A stretch of 64,000 bases of DNA from Spirochaetaceae bacterium (GTDB lineage: Bacteria > Spirochaetota > Spirochaetia > DSM-2461): contig JAOPTT010000016.1 of the NCBI GenBank assembly GCA_051531975.1, positions 24,831-88,830 of the forward strand, read 5' to 3'. The notes beneath the pieces are model-generated. The model saw nothing but the letters and a program-made list of their open reading frames with translations. It was not told where the DNA came from and did not search any database. Position 1 is the first letter of the stretch. Each line of letters begins with the position of its first letter. Positions 8,967 through 18,292 of this stretch are shown here, in pieces. The position numbers and the translations under genes are program-made.

Positions 8967-9926
8967 ATGACAAAAAGAAAAACTATGAAGAGTGAAGTAG
9001 CACAAAATTTCGAGCCTGATTCTTTGGCAATATACTTAAAGAACGTATCTAAATACAAATTATTAAGTGTTGATGATGAGATAGAATTAAGTGAACGAAT
9101 GGAATATATAAAGAAACAATTAAATCAGTTAGATGAGATGTTAGATAATGAAGAGCTCTCTTTCAAAGATCATTATGATAGAAAGAAAATTTACGAACAA
9201 GAATTAGCTGCAATTAAAGAAAAAATGATACAAGCAAATTTAAGATTAGTAGTTTCTATTGCAAAAAAATATCAGCATAGAGGTCTTTCTCTGCTTGATT
9301 TAATAAATGAAGGAAATATTGGTCTGATTGAAGCCGTAGAGCGGTTTGATTATACAAAAGGGTGTAGATTCTCTACTTATGGTACTTGGTGGATCAGGCA
9401 AGCTGTTATCAAGTCTATAGCAGATAAAGGTCGAGTTATTCGAATCCCTATTCATATGTTAAATACTATAAAAAAATGTTATTTTGTTACAAAACATTTA
9501 ACCCAAGAGTTTCAAAGAGATCCAACACCGGAAGAAATTAGTGATTATTTAAATATTTCACCTGAAAAAGTTAAGGAAATTTTAAGTTTATCTCAAGAAA
9601 CTGCTTCTTTGGATTCTACAGTTGATGATGATAATGCAACAAAGTTGTCTGATCTTATTAGAGATACAAATACTTCAGAACCATTTGAAGCTGTGTATAA
9701 AAGTACATTAAAAGAAAGAATTAATCAGGTATTAGATGAACTTTCTGATCGTGAGAAAAAAATTATTCAGCTTAGATTTGGTTTAAGCGGAGAAGAAGCT
9801 TTAACCCTTGAAGAGACTGGACATATTATGGGTATAACAAGAGAAAGAGTTAGACAAATACAAGAAAAAGCAAAAAGCAAATTACGACATTTGAAAGTTA
9901 TTAAGGATTTTGAAGAGCTACGTTAG
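8967..9926 (+). CDS. sigma70-family sigma factor without region 1.1 (RpoS/group 2-like)
   Basis: [41 protein letters not shown]...TRERVRQIQ. Confidence 0.9.
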   Translation: MTKRKTMKSEVAQNFEPDSLAIYLKNVSKYKLLSVDDEIELSERMEYIKKQLNQLDEMLDNEELSFKDHYDRKKIYEQELAAIKEKMIQANLRLVVSIAKKYQHRGLSLLDLINEGNIGLIEAVERFDYTKGCRFSTYGTWWIRQAVIKSIADKGRVIRIPIHMLNTIKKCYFVTKHLTQEFQRDPTPEEISDYLNISPEKVKEILSLSQETASLDSTVDDDNATKLSDLIRDTNTSEPFEAVYKSTLKERINQVLDELSDREKKIIQLRFGLSGEEALTLEETGHIMGITRERVRQIQEKAKSKLRHLKVIKDFEELR

Positions 9927-9933
9927 GATTATT

Positions 9934-10761
9934 ATGAAATTTTTAGTATTATTATTTTTATTTGTTATTTCTCTATCTTGCCAGTCAAATCTAACATATT
10001 CTGGTACTACAGGTTCAAGATATGGAATAGATCCATTTCCAACGATGAAAGAGTGGGTTGAATATACAAACAATGTCAACATTACTAATAAATCCAAAGA
10101 TTCAATTCTTTGGATTGTTGGTTCTTATATCCCAGATGGTGTCAAAATGAGCTTTGAGGGTAAAGACTCCTCATCAAAAAATATCTATTTTAGTGAATTT
10201 GATTTTAACGAAAAATATCTTTCATATTTTGATGATTCTAAAATTGATGTTTTTTTGCTTTTAGAACCTGGTAAATCTTTAATTCCTTCGTCTATAAGCT
10301 ATATATTAGAAAAATATAAGTCTCATAAATCAATTGTTGGTATTTGCATAGATCTAGAATGGTTAGATCCTAATAATGAATATATGATTACTAAGAGTAA
10401 TATTGAAAAATGGATCGAAGTTATTAAAACCTTTGACCCCAAATATAAATTAATTCTTAAGCACTGGAATACAAATAATATCGAACACTATTTCAATGAA
10501 GATATTATATATGTTCAAAGTATGGAAGGAATTAACAATGAACAAGAATTAAGAAATAGACATGCTTTATGGTCAAGAAAATTTTATCCATCGCCAATAG
10601 GATTTGAATTTGGGTTTATCGAAGACAAGGAATATTGGTCGAGATATGATAATCCTATTACAGATATATATAACTTATTAATTGGAGAAAATACAACTGG
10701 TGAGTTTTCTTATTTTTGGAACGAATCTTCTCTATTAGATGTAACTACTGGTAATAATTAA
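9934..10761 (+). CDS. hypothetical lipoprotein, possible glycoside-hydrolase-like TIM barrel
   Basis: Lipobox ISLS-C; GICIDLEW motif. Confidence 0.5.
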   Translation: MKFLVLLFLFVISLSCQSNLTYSGTTGSRYGIDPFPTMKEWVEYTNNVNITNKSKDSILWIVGSYIPDGVKMSFEGKDSSSKNIYFSEFDFNEKYLSYFDDSKIDVFLLLEPGKSLIPSSISYILEKYKSHKSIVGICIDLEWLDPNNEYMITKSNIEKWIEVIKTFDPKYKLILKHWNTNNIEHYFNEDIIYVQSMEGINNEQELRNRHALWSRKFYPSPIGFEFGFIEDKEYWSRYDNPITDIYNLLIGENTTGEFSYFWNESSLLDVTTGNN

Positions 10762-11135
10762 AGATATTTTAATAAAAGATTGTCAGAATCTGCGAATTGA
10801 TCATTTAAACTTTTTATCTCATCTAATTTAAACCATCTGAATTCATCATGTTCGTTGTTATGTATATCATCACTTAAAAGTTCAATATTATAGGCATAGA
10901 GTTGGAAGTTATGGTCAATTGATCTGAATTCTTGAGTAATTATTAATTCATTAACTTGTATTTCTACTCCTAATTCTTCGAGGAACTCTCTTTTTAGAGC
11001 ATCCTCGAGGCTCTCATTGTTTTTTACTTTACCACCAGGGAATTCCCATTTTCCACCAATGGAACCACCCGGTTTTCTTTTACCTAGAAGGTATTGATTC
11101 TTTTTTTTAATTATACCCGCGACAGACTTATACAT
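10758..11135 (-). CDS. NUDIX hydrolase, MutT-like
   Basis: WEFPGGKVKNNESLEDALKREFLEELG Nudix box. Confidence 0.9.
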   Translation of the reverse strand: MYKSVAGIIKKKNQYLLGKRKPGGSIGGKWEFPGGKVKNNESLEDALKREFLEELGVEIQVNELIITQEFRSIDHNFQLYAYNIELLSDDIHNNEHDEFRWFKLDEIKSLNDQFADSDNLLLKYL

Positions 11136-11545
11136 TATAATAATTCAACTGAAGGTGCGATAAAATGCACTAGTGCAATTGAAATAGAAATAAATCCTAG
11201 TAATACTCTATTTTTTAAGAATATGTTTTTTATGAATAAAATTATTACAGATTCATTATCTTCCTCTTGGGAAATGTATTCGATAAAAAGCGTTATTCCT
11301 GAAATAATTGCAATTATAGCCGGAATAAAGTCACCTAAAATTATCATATTTCCTTCGAATCTTAAAAATAAAGCCAATAAACCAACAATTGAACCAATAC
11401 ACCCAATAGTTACTTGTAGAAGTTCAGAAGAGAATAATTGTTCAATTCCAGAAAAACTTTCAAATTTTTCACTTAAGAAATTTTTTGCTAAGATTATACC
11501 CATTATTAAATTGCATAATACCAATAGAAAATAGATTTGTACCAC
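11135..11545 (-). CDS. hypothetical membrane protein
   Basis: About 4 hydrophobic helices; SD AGGAG upstream. Confidence 0.65.
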   Translation of the reverse strand: MVQIYFLLVLCNLIMGIILAKNFLSEKFESFSGIEQLFSSELLQVTIGCIGSIVGLLALFLRFEGNMIILGDFIPAIIAIISGITLFIEYISQEEDNESVIILFIKNIFLKNRVLLGFISISIALVHFIAPSVELL

Positions 11546-11560
11546 TTTTTTACTCCTGTA

Positions 11561-12064
11561 TCAGCGTTCTACCAATACTTTATACTCTTTTATATATTTT
11601 CCAGAAGAAAGATTCAAATGTAAATACTTAATACTCTTATCTTCATCAAATTTAAATGTTATAAACTCATCTTTACCTTTCTCCGAAGGCAAAAGATAAT
11701 CAACTTCATCAATTTTAATATTTTCTTTAAGAATAACAACTTTAAGTGAATCTGTCGCTATTCTTTTATTAATCTTTTTAAATAGTTTGGTTATTTTTAA
11801 AGAAACTAGTATTTTATCTTCAAAAACAATGGCCTTACTCTCTACTTTGTAATCATCAAAACGTACATCTTTAGTTATTCTAACAAAAAAGGGAATTACT
11901 ATTACTGCAAACAATAAAATAACAACTAAATCTATTAGTAAAATTCTAAGTTGTGGGTTTTTATTAAAAAATCCAATTTTTTTTCTTTGCTCATAAGCAA
12001 GCTTTGTTCCAGCTGAAGCTGATTTTAAACGTTCTTCTCTACTTGAATAAAAATCAAATTCCAT
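11561..12064 (-). CDS. hypothetical protein, single TM
   Basis: FYSSREERL N-terminus, one TM segment; abuts upstream gene. Confidence 0.6.
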   Translation of the reverse strand: MEFDFYSSREERLKSASAGTKLAYEQRKKIGFFNKNPQLRILLIDLVVILLFAVIVIPFFVRITKDVRFDDYKVESKAIVFEDKILVSLKITKLFKKINKRIATDSLKVVILKENIKIDEVDYLLPSEKGKDEFITFKFDEDKSIKYLHLNLSSGKYIKEYKVLVER

Positions 12065-13282
12065 CTATTTTGAGTCCTCTAAAATAATTTTGTCAGTACG
12101 CCACATACTTACTCCTCCGGCATATTCAGTACATAATAGTCCTGTTAGTATACCATCTGGAAAAGTTGTATAAAAACTACTAAAAATTATATTTGTATTA
12201 TCAATTTGTAGATCATACTCTCCAATTATATACCCATTTTCATTTGTTATTGTTAAAAATTGTGATAATCCATCTAGGCTTTGAGATATAAAAAACAGGT
12301 ATTTACCTTTTACGATATCTAATAATACATAATGTTTAGATGAAGATTCATTATCTTTTTTAGTATCAGGTATGTCCATCCAAGAGATGTAACTTTTAGT
12401 AAGTAGATCAAAATAAAAGACTCTAGACTTAATTGATTCCAGTGAAATTGTAGCCCCAGTTTTATCGTCAAATATTTTTCTATAGAATGTTAACTCTACT
12501 AATACCCTATCTTTTTCTCTATCGGGAATTATATTATTTATTTGAGTGATTATATCAGATTCATTTTCCAATTTTGGTAAATAATCTAACTCTATTATAT
12601 TTTTATCTATAATATCTCCATCTTCTGTAAATCTGTATATACTCCAAAAAAAAGTAGTTTGTGTTATCACAATTAGCTCATTGTTTTTATTTGTATAAAT
12701 ATTATTGATAAAGGGAAATGGAGTACCATTTATACCATTTTGACCAATATAGCCAATATATTCTCCATCTAAATTGAAGTATGAGATTATTTTTTCATTT
12801 AAAATATGTTTTTCATCATCACTTTTATCTGAAGTTAAATCTCTAGTTTTATCTATATATTCTTCACTTTTATTTGAATCATAAGTTACTGTATCCTCAA
12901 TGAATATGTGATTTTGTGTCGCAGCTATAACACCAGGTTTATTAAATTCCCAAGGTATACTATCTGTAAATTGGGTTTCTGAATTATCTTCTGAGGATAT
13001 TTTTTTTAATAGATCTCCATAGGAACTGAACTTCATAATTTTTTTGCCATTACCGTTAGAGATAAGAAATATTCCATTAGACATATATATATCACTTTCT
13101 AATGAAAATGAGATTCCTTCCCTAGAAAAAAAATCCAATTCATTATCCATATTACCTATTGGTAGAGTAAATTTATCTTCTTTTTCTAATAAACTTGTAT
13201 TCACTTCTTTATCACATGAGATAAAAGTTAAATTTATTAAAAAAATGACACAAAATCTTAATATAATTTTTTTTATATACAT
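12065..13282 (-). CDS. spirochaete lipoprotein, beta-propeller-like (LIC_12708-like)
   Basis: Lipobox TFIS-C; KIMKFSSYGDLL, YIGQNGINGTPFPFI; divergent from secA. Start taken as ATG 13282. Confidence 0.6.
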   Translation of the reverse strand: MYIKKIILRFCVIFLINLTFISCDKEVNTSLLEKEDKFTLPIGNMDNELDFFSREGISFSLESDIYMSNGIFLISNGNGKKIMKFSSYGDLLKKISSEDNSETQFTDSIPWEFNKPGVIAATQNHIFIEDTVTYDSNKSEEYIDKTRDLTSDKSDDEKHILNEKIISYFNLDGEYIGYIGQNGINGTPFPFINNIYTNKNNELIVITQTTFFWSIYRFTEDGDIIDKNIIELDYLPKLENESDIITQINNIIPDREKDRVLVELTFYRKIFDDKTGATISLESIKSRVFYFDLLTKSYISWMDIPDTKKDNESSSKHYVLLDIVKGKYLFFISQSLDGLSQFLTITNENGYIIGEYDLQIDNTNIIFSSFYTTFPDGILTGLLCTEYAGGVSMWRTDKIILEDSK

Positions 13283-13355
13283 ATTAAAAAGGTACACAAC
13301 AGTTATCTATCGTGTCAACTTGACCACATAAAAAAAAGGAGGTACATTTTATTAT

Positions 13356-16082
13356 ATGATAGAAAAAGCTATAAACCTAATATTTGGTTCTGACAAAGAG
13401 AGAAACTTAAAAGAATTATTACCAATTCTTAATAAAATAAATTCCTATGAAAATTGGGCTATGAGTTTAAAAGAAGATGATTTCCCCCAAAAAACGATTG
13501 ATTTTAAAGAAAGACTTAAAAATGGTGAGACTTTAGATGATATTTTACCTGAAGCATTTGCTTTAGCAAGAGAAGCTGCTAGAAGAAAGCTAGGTGAACG
13601 TGCATATGATGTACAATTATTAGGAGGGATAGCCCTTCACATGGGTAGAATCATGGAAATGAAGACTGGAGAGGGTAAAACGTTGTCTTCTGTAGCACCA
13701 TCTTATTTAAACTCATTAGAAGGTAATGGTGTTCATATGATTACTGTAAATGATTATCTTGCTGGACGTGATGCAAAATGGATGACACCAGCCTTTGATT
13801 ATCTTGGTTTAGAAGTAGGTTGTATTTTATCAAATATGGATCCTGAAACTCGTCAATTAGAATATGGAAAAGATATTACATATGGTACAAATAATGAGTT
13901 TGGTTTTGACTATTTAAGAGATAACATGAAATGGGACTCAGAAAAGAAAGCTCAAAAGAGTCATGTATACTGTATAATTGATGAAATTGACTCGATTTTA
14001 ATTGATGAAGCAAGGACTCCACTAATAATTTCTGGTGCAGTTGATGAAGATATATCAAAATTTGATACTGTAAATCAGTTAGTTCAGTTTTTAAAAGAAG
14101 TTGAACTTGATACTGAAACAGGAGAATATCCTAAAGAAGATATTTTTAATCCTGTTGAAATTATAGGTGATTATAAGTTAGAAGAAAAAAATAAACGAGT
14201 TTCATTCACTAATGATGGTATGAATAAAATTGAAGAAGTATTAATAAAACGTGGTCTTATGGATGGATCACTATTTGATGAAGATAACTTTGAATATATT
14301 CATTATTTTACACAAGCAATGAAGGCACATCATCTGTTCCATTTAGATGTAGATTATGTTATTCAAGATGGATTAGTACAAATTGTTGATGAGTTTACAG
14401 GACGTGTACTCCATGGTAGGCGTTATTCTGAAGGTCTACATCAAGCGATTGAGTCCAAAGAAGGTATTAAAGTTGCCAAAAAGAATAAAACTTTAGCAAG
14501 TATTACATTTCAGAACTATTTTAGAATGTATGATAAAATTTCAGGTATGACTGGAACCGCTGATACAGAAGCTAGAGAATTTTCAAAAATATATAACTTA
14601 GATGTTGTTGTTATCCCAACAAATAGACCTATAGCTAGATTAGACCAAGATGATGTTATATATCTAAATAAAGAATTTAAATTAAAAGCTATAGCTGCTG
14701 AAGTTAAAGAAGCTAACGATAAAGGTCAACCAATTCTTATTGGAACTGTTTCTGTTGAGAGCTCTGAAGAAATATCTACTTATTTCAGAAAAATTGGTAT
14801 TAGACATGAAATCTTAAATGCAAAAAATCATGGTAGAGAAGCATCAATCATTGCTGAAGCTGGTGCAAAAGGGTCTATTACTATTGCTACAAACATGGCA
14901 GGTAGGGGTACTGATATTAAGTTAGGAGGTAATCCTGAGCTTAGAGCACGTAGAATGGTTGGTACAGAAGCTACTCCAGAAGAATATCTCGAAGCATTTG
15001 AAAATGAACTTGAAAAATGGAGAGATGGCTACGAAGAAGTAAAATCTCTTGGTGGTTTATTTGTTATAGGGTCTGAAAGACATGAATCACGAAGGATTGA
15101 TAATCAGTTAAGAGGGCGATCAGGTAGACAGGGTGATCCTGGACGAAGTCAGTTCTTTGTATCCTTAGATGATGACTTAATGAGACTTTTTGGTGGAGAT
15201 AGATTTAAAAATACAATGTCTAAACTAGGAATGGAAGGTGGAGAACCTATTCAGCATAAACTAATAAGCAATTCCTTAGAAAGAGCCCAAAAGAAAGTTG
15301 AAGAAAGAAATTATGAAATAAGAAAACATCTATTAGATTATGATGATGTATTAAATAAACAAAGAATTTTTATATACAACCAGAGAGATGAAGTTTTAGA
15401 TCATGAAGATCTAAGTGCTTATGTCTTTGAAACTGTTAATGAAATTGTTGAAATACTTTTAGAGGATTATACATCAGAATCTAGAGGAAACAAGCCAGAA
15501 GCCTTTACTAGATTATGTTTAAGGTTAAAAGAAAACTTCTTTTATGAATTAGATCCTGAATTAGATTTACCTAGGAAAGAATTGGAAGATAAAATTTTAG
15601 CTGATTTACTTGAGGATGTTAAAGAAAAAGCAGAAATTGCATCAAAAGAAGCTTTAAGTCAATTTTTGAAATATGAATATTTAAAAGCCCTAGATAATAA
15701 ATGGCAAGACCATTTAGAAAGGCTTGATGCTTTAAGAGAAGAGGTTAATTTAAGAACCTATGCTCAAAAGAACCCATTAGTTGAGTATAAAAATGAGGGT
15801 TTTGCTATTTTCGAATCATTAATTGATGATATTAAAGTTGATGTTGCAAGAAAATTAACAAAAATAAAGATACATAAAGAACGTAGAACCCAAGGTATGC
15901 GTCAAGCTAAAAATGTTAATTCTAGTCATAGATCAATGGGGCAAATGGCTGCTGTAAATGGTCAACGAAGAGAAGCTTCTGGCCAAAATATCCAAGTTAA
16001 AAGAGTTGGCAAAAAAGTTGGAAGAAATGATGACTGTCCATGTGGTAGTGGCAAAAAATATAAAAAGTGTTGTGGTGAATAA
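13356..16082 (+). CDS. secA: preprotein translocase subunit SecA
   Basis: MKTGEGKT, DEIDSILIDEARTPLIISG, ATNMAGRGTDI, C-terminal CPCGSGKKYKKCCG. Confidence 0.99.
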   Translation: MIEKAINLIFGSDKERNLKELLPILNKINSYENWAMSLKEDDFPQKTIDFKERLKNGETLDDILPEAFALAREAARRKLGERAYDVQLLGGIALHMGRIMEMKTGEGKTLSSVAPSYLNSLEGNGVHMITVNDYLAGRDAKWMTPAFDYLGLEVGCILSNMDPETRQLEYGKDITYGTNNEFGFDYLRDNMKWDSEKKAQKSHVYCIIDEIDSILIDEARTPLIISGAVDEDISKFDTVNQLVQFLKEVELDTETGEYPKEDIFNPVEIIGDYKLEEKNKRVSFTNDGMNKIEEVLIKRGLMDGSLFDEDNFEYIHYFTQAMKAHHLFHLDVDYVIQDGLVQIVDEFTGRVLHGRRYSEGLHQAIESKEGIKVAKKNKTLASITFQNYFRMYDKISGMTGTADTEAREFSKIYNLDVVVIPTNRPIARLDQDDVIYLNKEFKLKAIAAEVKEANDKGQPILIGTVSVESSEEISTYFRKIGIRHEILNAKNHGREASIIAEAGAKGSITIATNMAGRGTDIKLGGNPELRARRMVGTEATPEEYLEAFENELEKWRDGYEEVKSLGGLFVIGSERHESRRIDNQLRGRSGRQGDPGRSQFFVSLDDDLMRLFGGDRFKNTMSKLGMEGGEPIQHKLISNSLERAQKKVEERNYEIRKHLLDYDDVLNKQRIFIYNQRDEVLDHEDLSAYVFETVNEIVEILLEDYTSESRGNKPEAFTRLCLRLKENFFYELDPELDLPRKELEDKILADLLEDVKEKAEIASKEALSQFLKYEYLKALDNKWQDHLERLDALREEVNLRTYAQKNPLVEYKNEGFAIFESLIDDIKVDVARKLTKIKIHKERRTQGMRQAKNVNSSHRSMGQMAAVNGQRREASGQNIQVKRVGKKVGRNDDCPCGSGKKYKKCCGE

Positions 16083-16144
16083 ATAATGTGCTCTTTCTAA
16101 GTGAAGAGCTTTAGTTTATGGGGATTTTATTCGATTATGTTTAA

Positions 16145-16423
16145 ATGAATAAAGCTAAATCTTATAGAGTCCCCGATGTTATTGATAAAATATATAATGA
16201 TATTGTTTATGGTCTCTTTACTCCATATGTTATGATCTCAAAAAAAAATAGAACCTCAATTATTAAGTGTAATTTAGCTTGTGAGATTTTATTAAATAGT
16301 AATAATACAGAGTTTAATATTGTAGAAAAGTTAGATTATCCATCTGTAGATGTTTTTAGAGATTCTTTTAAAGATTTTTTAGGTATACTACCCCTAGAGT
16401 TTAGGGATAGGTTTAGTGATTGA
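16145..16423 (+). CDS. small protein with AraC-type C-terminal HTH
   Basis: ACEILLNS...IVEKLDYPSVDVFRDSFKDFLGILPLEFR resembles the second AraC HTH. Confidence 0.5.
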   Translation: MNKAKSYRVPDVIDKIYNDIVYGLFTPYVMISKKNRTSIIKCNLACEILLNSNNTEFNIVEKLDYPSVDVFRDSFKDFLGILPLEFRDRFSD

Positions 16424-16427
16424 TGAT

Positions 16428-17060
16428 CTATTTACAAACAGATAAGACTGCGTAACTTGATGATAAATCCTCTCTTAAAACTAGGACATTTTCTGGTACT
16501 TTTAGCTTTTCATTAGTAAAGTTCCAAATTGCAGTTATACCAGCATCAATTAATGTGTTTGTAATCTTTTGAGCAAATTCTGAAGGTACAGTTAAAATAG
16601 CAATATCAACTACATTTTCTTTAATTATTTCAGTTAATGTTGATATATCATGGATTTTAACATCAAGAATTTTGCTCCCAACCTTATCAGAAGAAATATC
16701 AAAAGATGCTATTATATCCATACCACTTTGTCGGAAACCTGGATAACCAATTAAAGCTGCCCCTAAATTTCCTGTTCCTATTACAATTGCTTTATGTTTT
16801 TTATCCCAATTAAGAAACGATTCAATTGCAGTCTTTAACTCTTTTACATCGTATCCAACCCTAGGTTTTCCTACAATTCCTGTTACAGCAAGATCTTTTC
16901 GTACTTGTATTGGTTCTAACTCTAATTCTGAAGCAATTACTGTTCCAGATATTACTTTTAATCCCTGTTCTAAAGCCCTTCGAATAACATTTAAATATGA
17001 TGGTAACCTTCTAATTGTGGGAACACTTGCATCAATTTGTGAAAATTTCTTATTTTTCAT
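16428..17060 (-). CDS. rex: redox-sensing transcriptional repressor Rex
   Basis: TIRRLPSY, QVRKDL, GKPRVGYDV, IGTGNLGAAL; likely start ATG 17060. Confidence 0.93.
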   Translation of the reverse strand: MKNKKFSQIDASVPTIRRLPSYLNVIRRALEQGLKVISGTVIASELELEPIQVRKDLAVTGIVGKPRVGYDVKELKTAIESFLNWDKKHKAIVIGTGNLGAALIGYPGFRQSGMDIIASFDISSDKVGSKILDVKIHDISTLTEIIKENVVDIAILTVPSEFAQKITNTLIDAGITAIWNFTNEKLKVPENVLVLREDLSSSYAVLSVCK

Positions 17061-17182
17061 AACAACCCTTAAAAATGTGATAAAAATAAAGATATAAATA
17101 TATCTATATAAAATATAACACATTTATTACAATTATGAAAATTACTATTAATATATTTTTATATCTTTTGTAGTATATAACC

Positions 17183-18292
17183 GTGAAGAAAAAGTTAATA
17201 ACAATAGAAAAAGTAATAGCAGGTGGAGATGGCCTAGGATTTATTGATGGTAAGGCACATTTTGTTACAGGTGCACTTCCTGGAGAAATACTAGAAATAA
17301 ATATTATTACAGAAAAAAAAGGATTTAATAGGTGTTCTATCTTAAAAATTGTAAAAGCCTCAGAATTTAGAGTTTTGCCTTTTTGTGATTATTATAATAG
17401 TTGTGGTGGGTGTAATTTACAATTCACAAGCTATGATCATCAAATTTCATTAAAAACTAACATGGTTAAAGATATATTTCTAAGAAATGGAAAAATAGAA
17501 CTAAATGATTTTAATTTCATTACAAGTAAAGATCTGGGTTATAGAAATAGGGTTCAATTCCATATTTCTAATAATCGTAAGGGTTTCAAAAAAAGAAAAA
17601 GTAATGAAATTGTTAACATTGATTGCTGTCCGTTATTAGTTGATCCCTTAAATACATATATAAATGAACCTTTAAAGTCAGACGTTAATAAAATTAATGT
17701 TTTTGCTAATGATGAAAAATATTTTGTTGGAGGGCTGGATAAAGAAGCTTCAGTTTTAATTAACAATAAGGAAGTTTGTTTTAATCCCAATGGTTTCTTT
17801 CAGAGTAATTTATCAATACTTCCTAAATTAATTGAAACTGTTAATCAATTTATTTTAGGTTGCAATGTTATGGATCTTTACTGTGGTGTTGGTTTATTTA
17901 GTACATTTCTTCCAGAAAGTGTAAATAAAATAATTGCAGTTGAAATTGATCAAAGAGTTAAGCCATTTTTAGATAAGAATTTAGGTTCAAAAAATTACCT
18001 GTTTTATCCTATGAGTATAGAAACATATATTAGTAAAGGGCATCACGAAGTTAATGAAATAGATACTATAATTGTAGATCCACCTAGAGAAGGGCTTTCT
18101 AATATTGTAAGAAGCTTTTTAATTAATTCTAAGGTTAAAAGAATCATTTATATCTCTTGTGATCCTACAACAATGGCTAGAGACATATCAGAAATTAAAA
18201 ATAATGGATATTCTTTTAGTTCCTTTTCATGTTTTGATTTCTACCCTCATACAACTCATATTGAAGCGTTGGGAATACTAGATCTTGAATAA
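17183..18292 (+). CDS. TRAM-domain RNA (uracil-5-)methyltransferase, RlmD family
   Basis: C..Y..CGGC Fe-S motif, FFQSN, DLYCGVG, VDPPREG, YISCDP, DFYPHTTHIE. Confidence 0.92.
   Translation: MKKKLITIEKVIAGGDGLGFIDGKAHFVTGALPGEILEINIITEKKGFNRCSILKIVKASEFRVLPFCDYYNSCGGCNLQFTSYDHQISLKTNMVKDIFLRNGKIELNDFNFITSKDLGYRNRVQFHISNNRKGFKKRKSNEIVNIDCCPLLVDPLNTYINEPLKSDVNKINVFANDEKYFVGGLDKEASVLINNKEVCFNPNGFFQSNLSILPKLIETVNQFILGCNVMDLYCGVGLFSTFLPESVNKIIAVEIDQRVKPFLDKNLGSKNYLFYPMSIETYISKGHHEVNEIDTIIVDPPREGLSNIVRSFLINSKVKRIIYISCDPTTMARDISEIKNNGYSFSSFSCFDFYPHTTHIEALGILDLE

Noticed and set aside
11094..11534. 146-aa + strand ORF
   Set aside because: Antisense to the membrane-protein gene that has an SD and belongs to the minus-strand operon.
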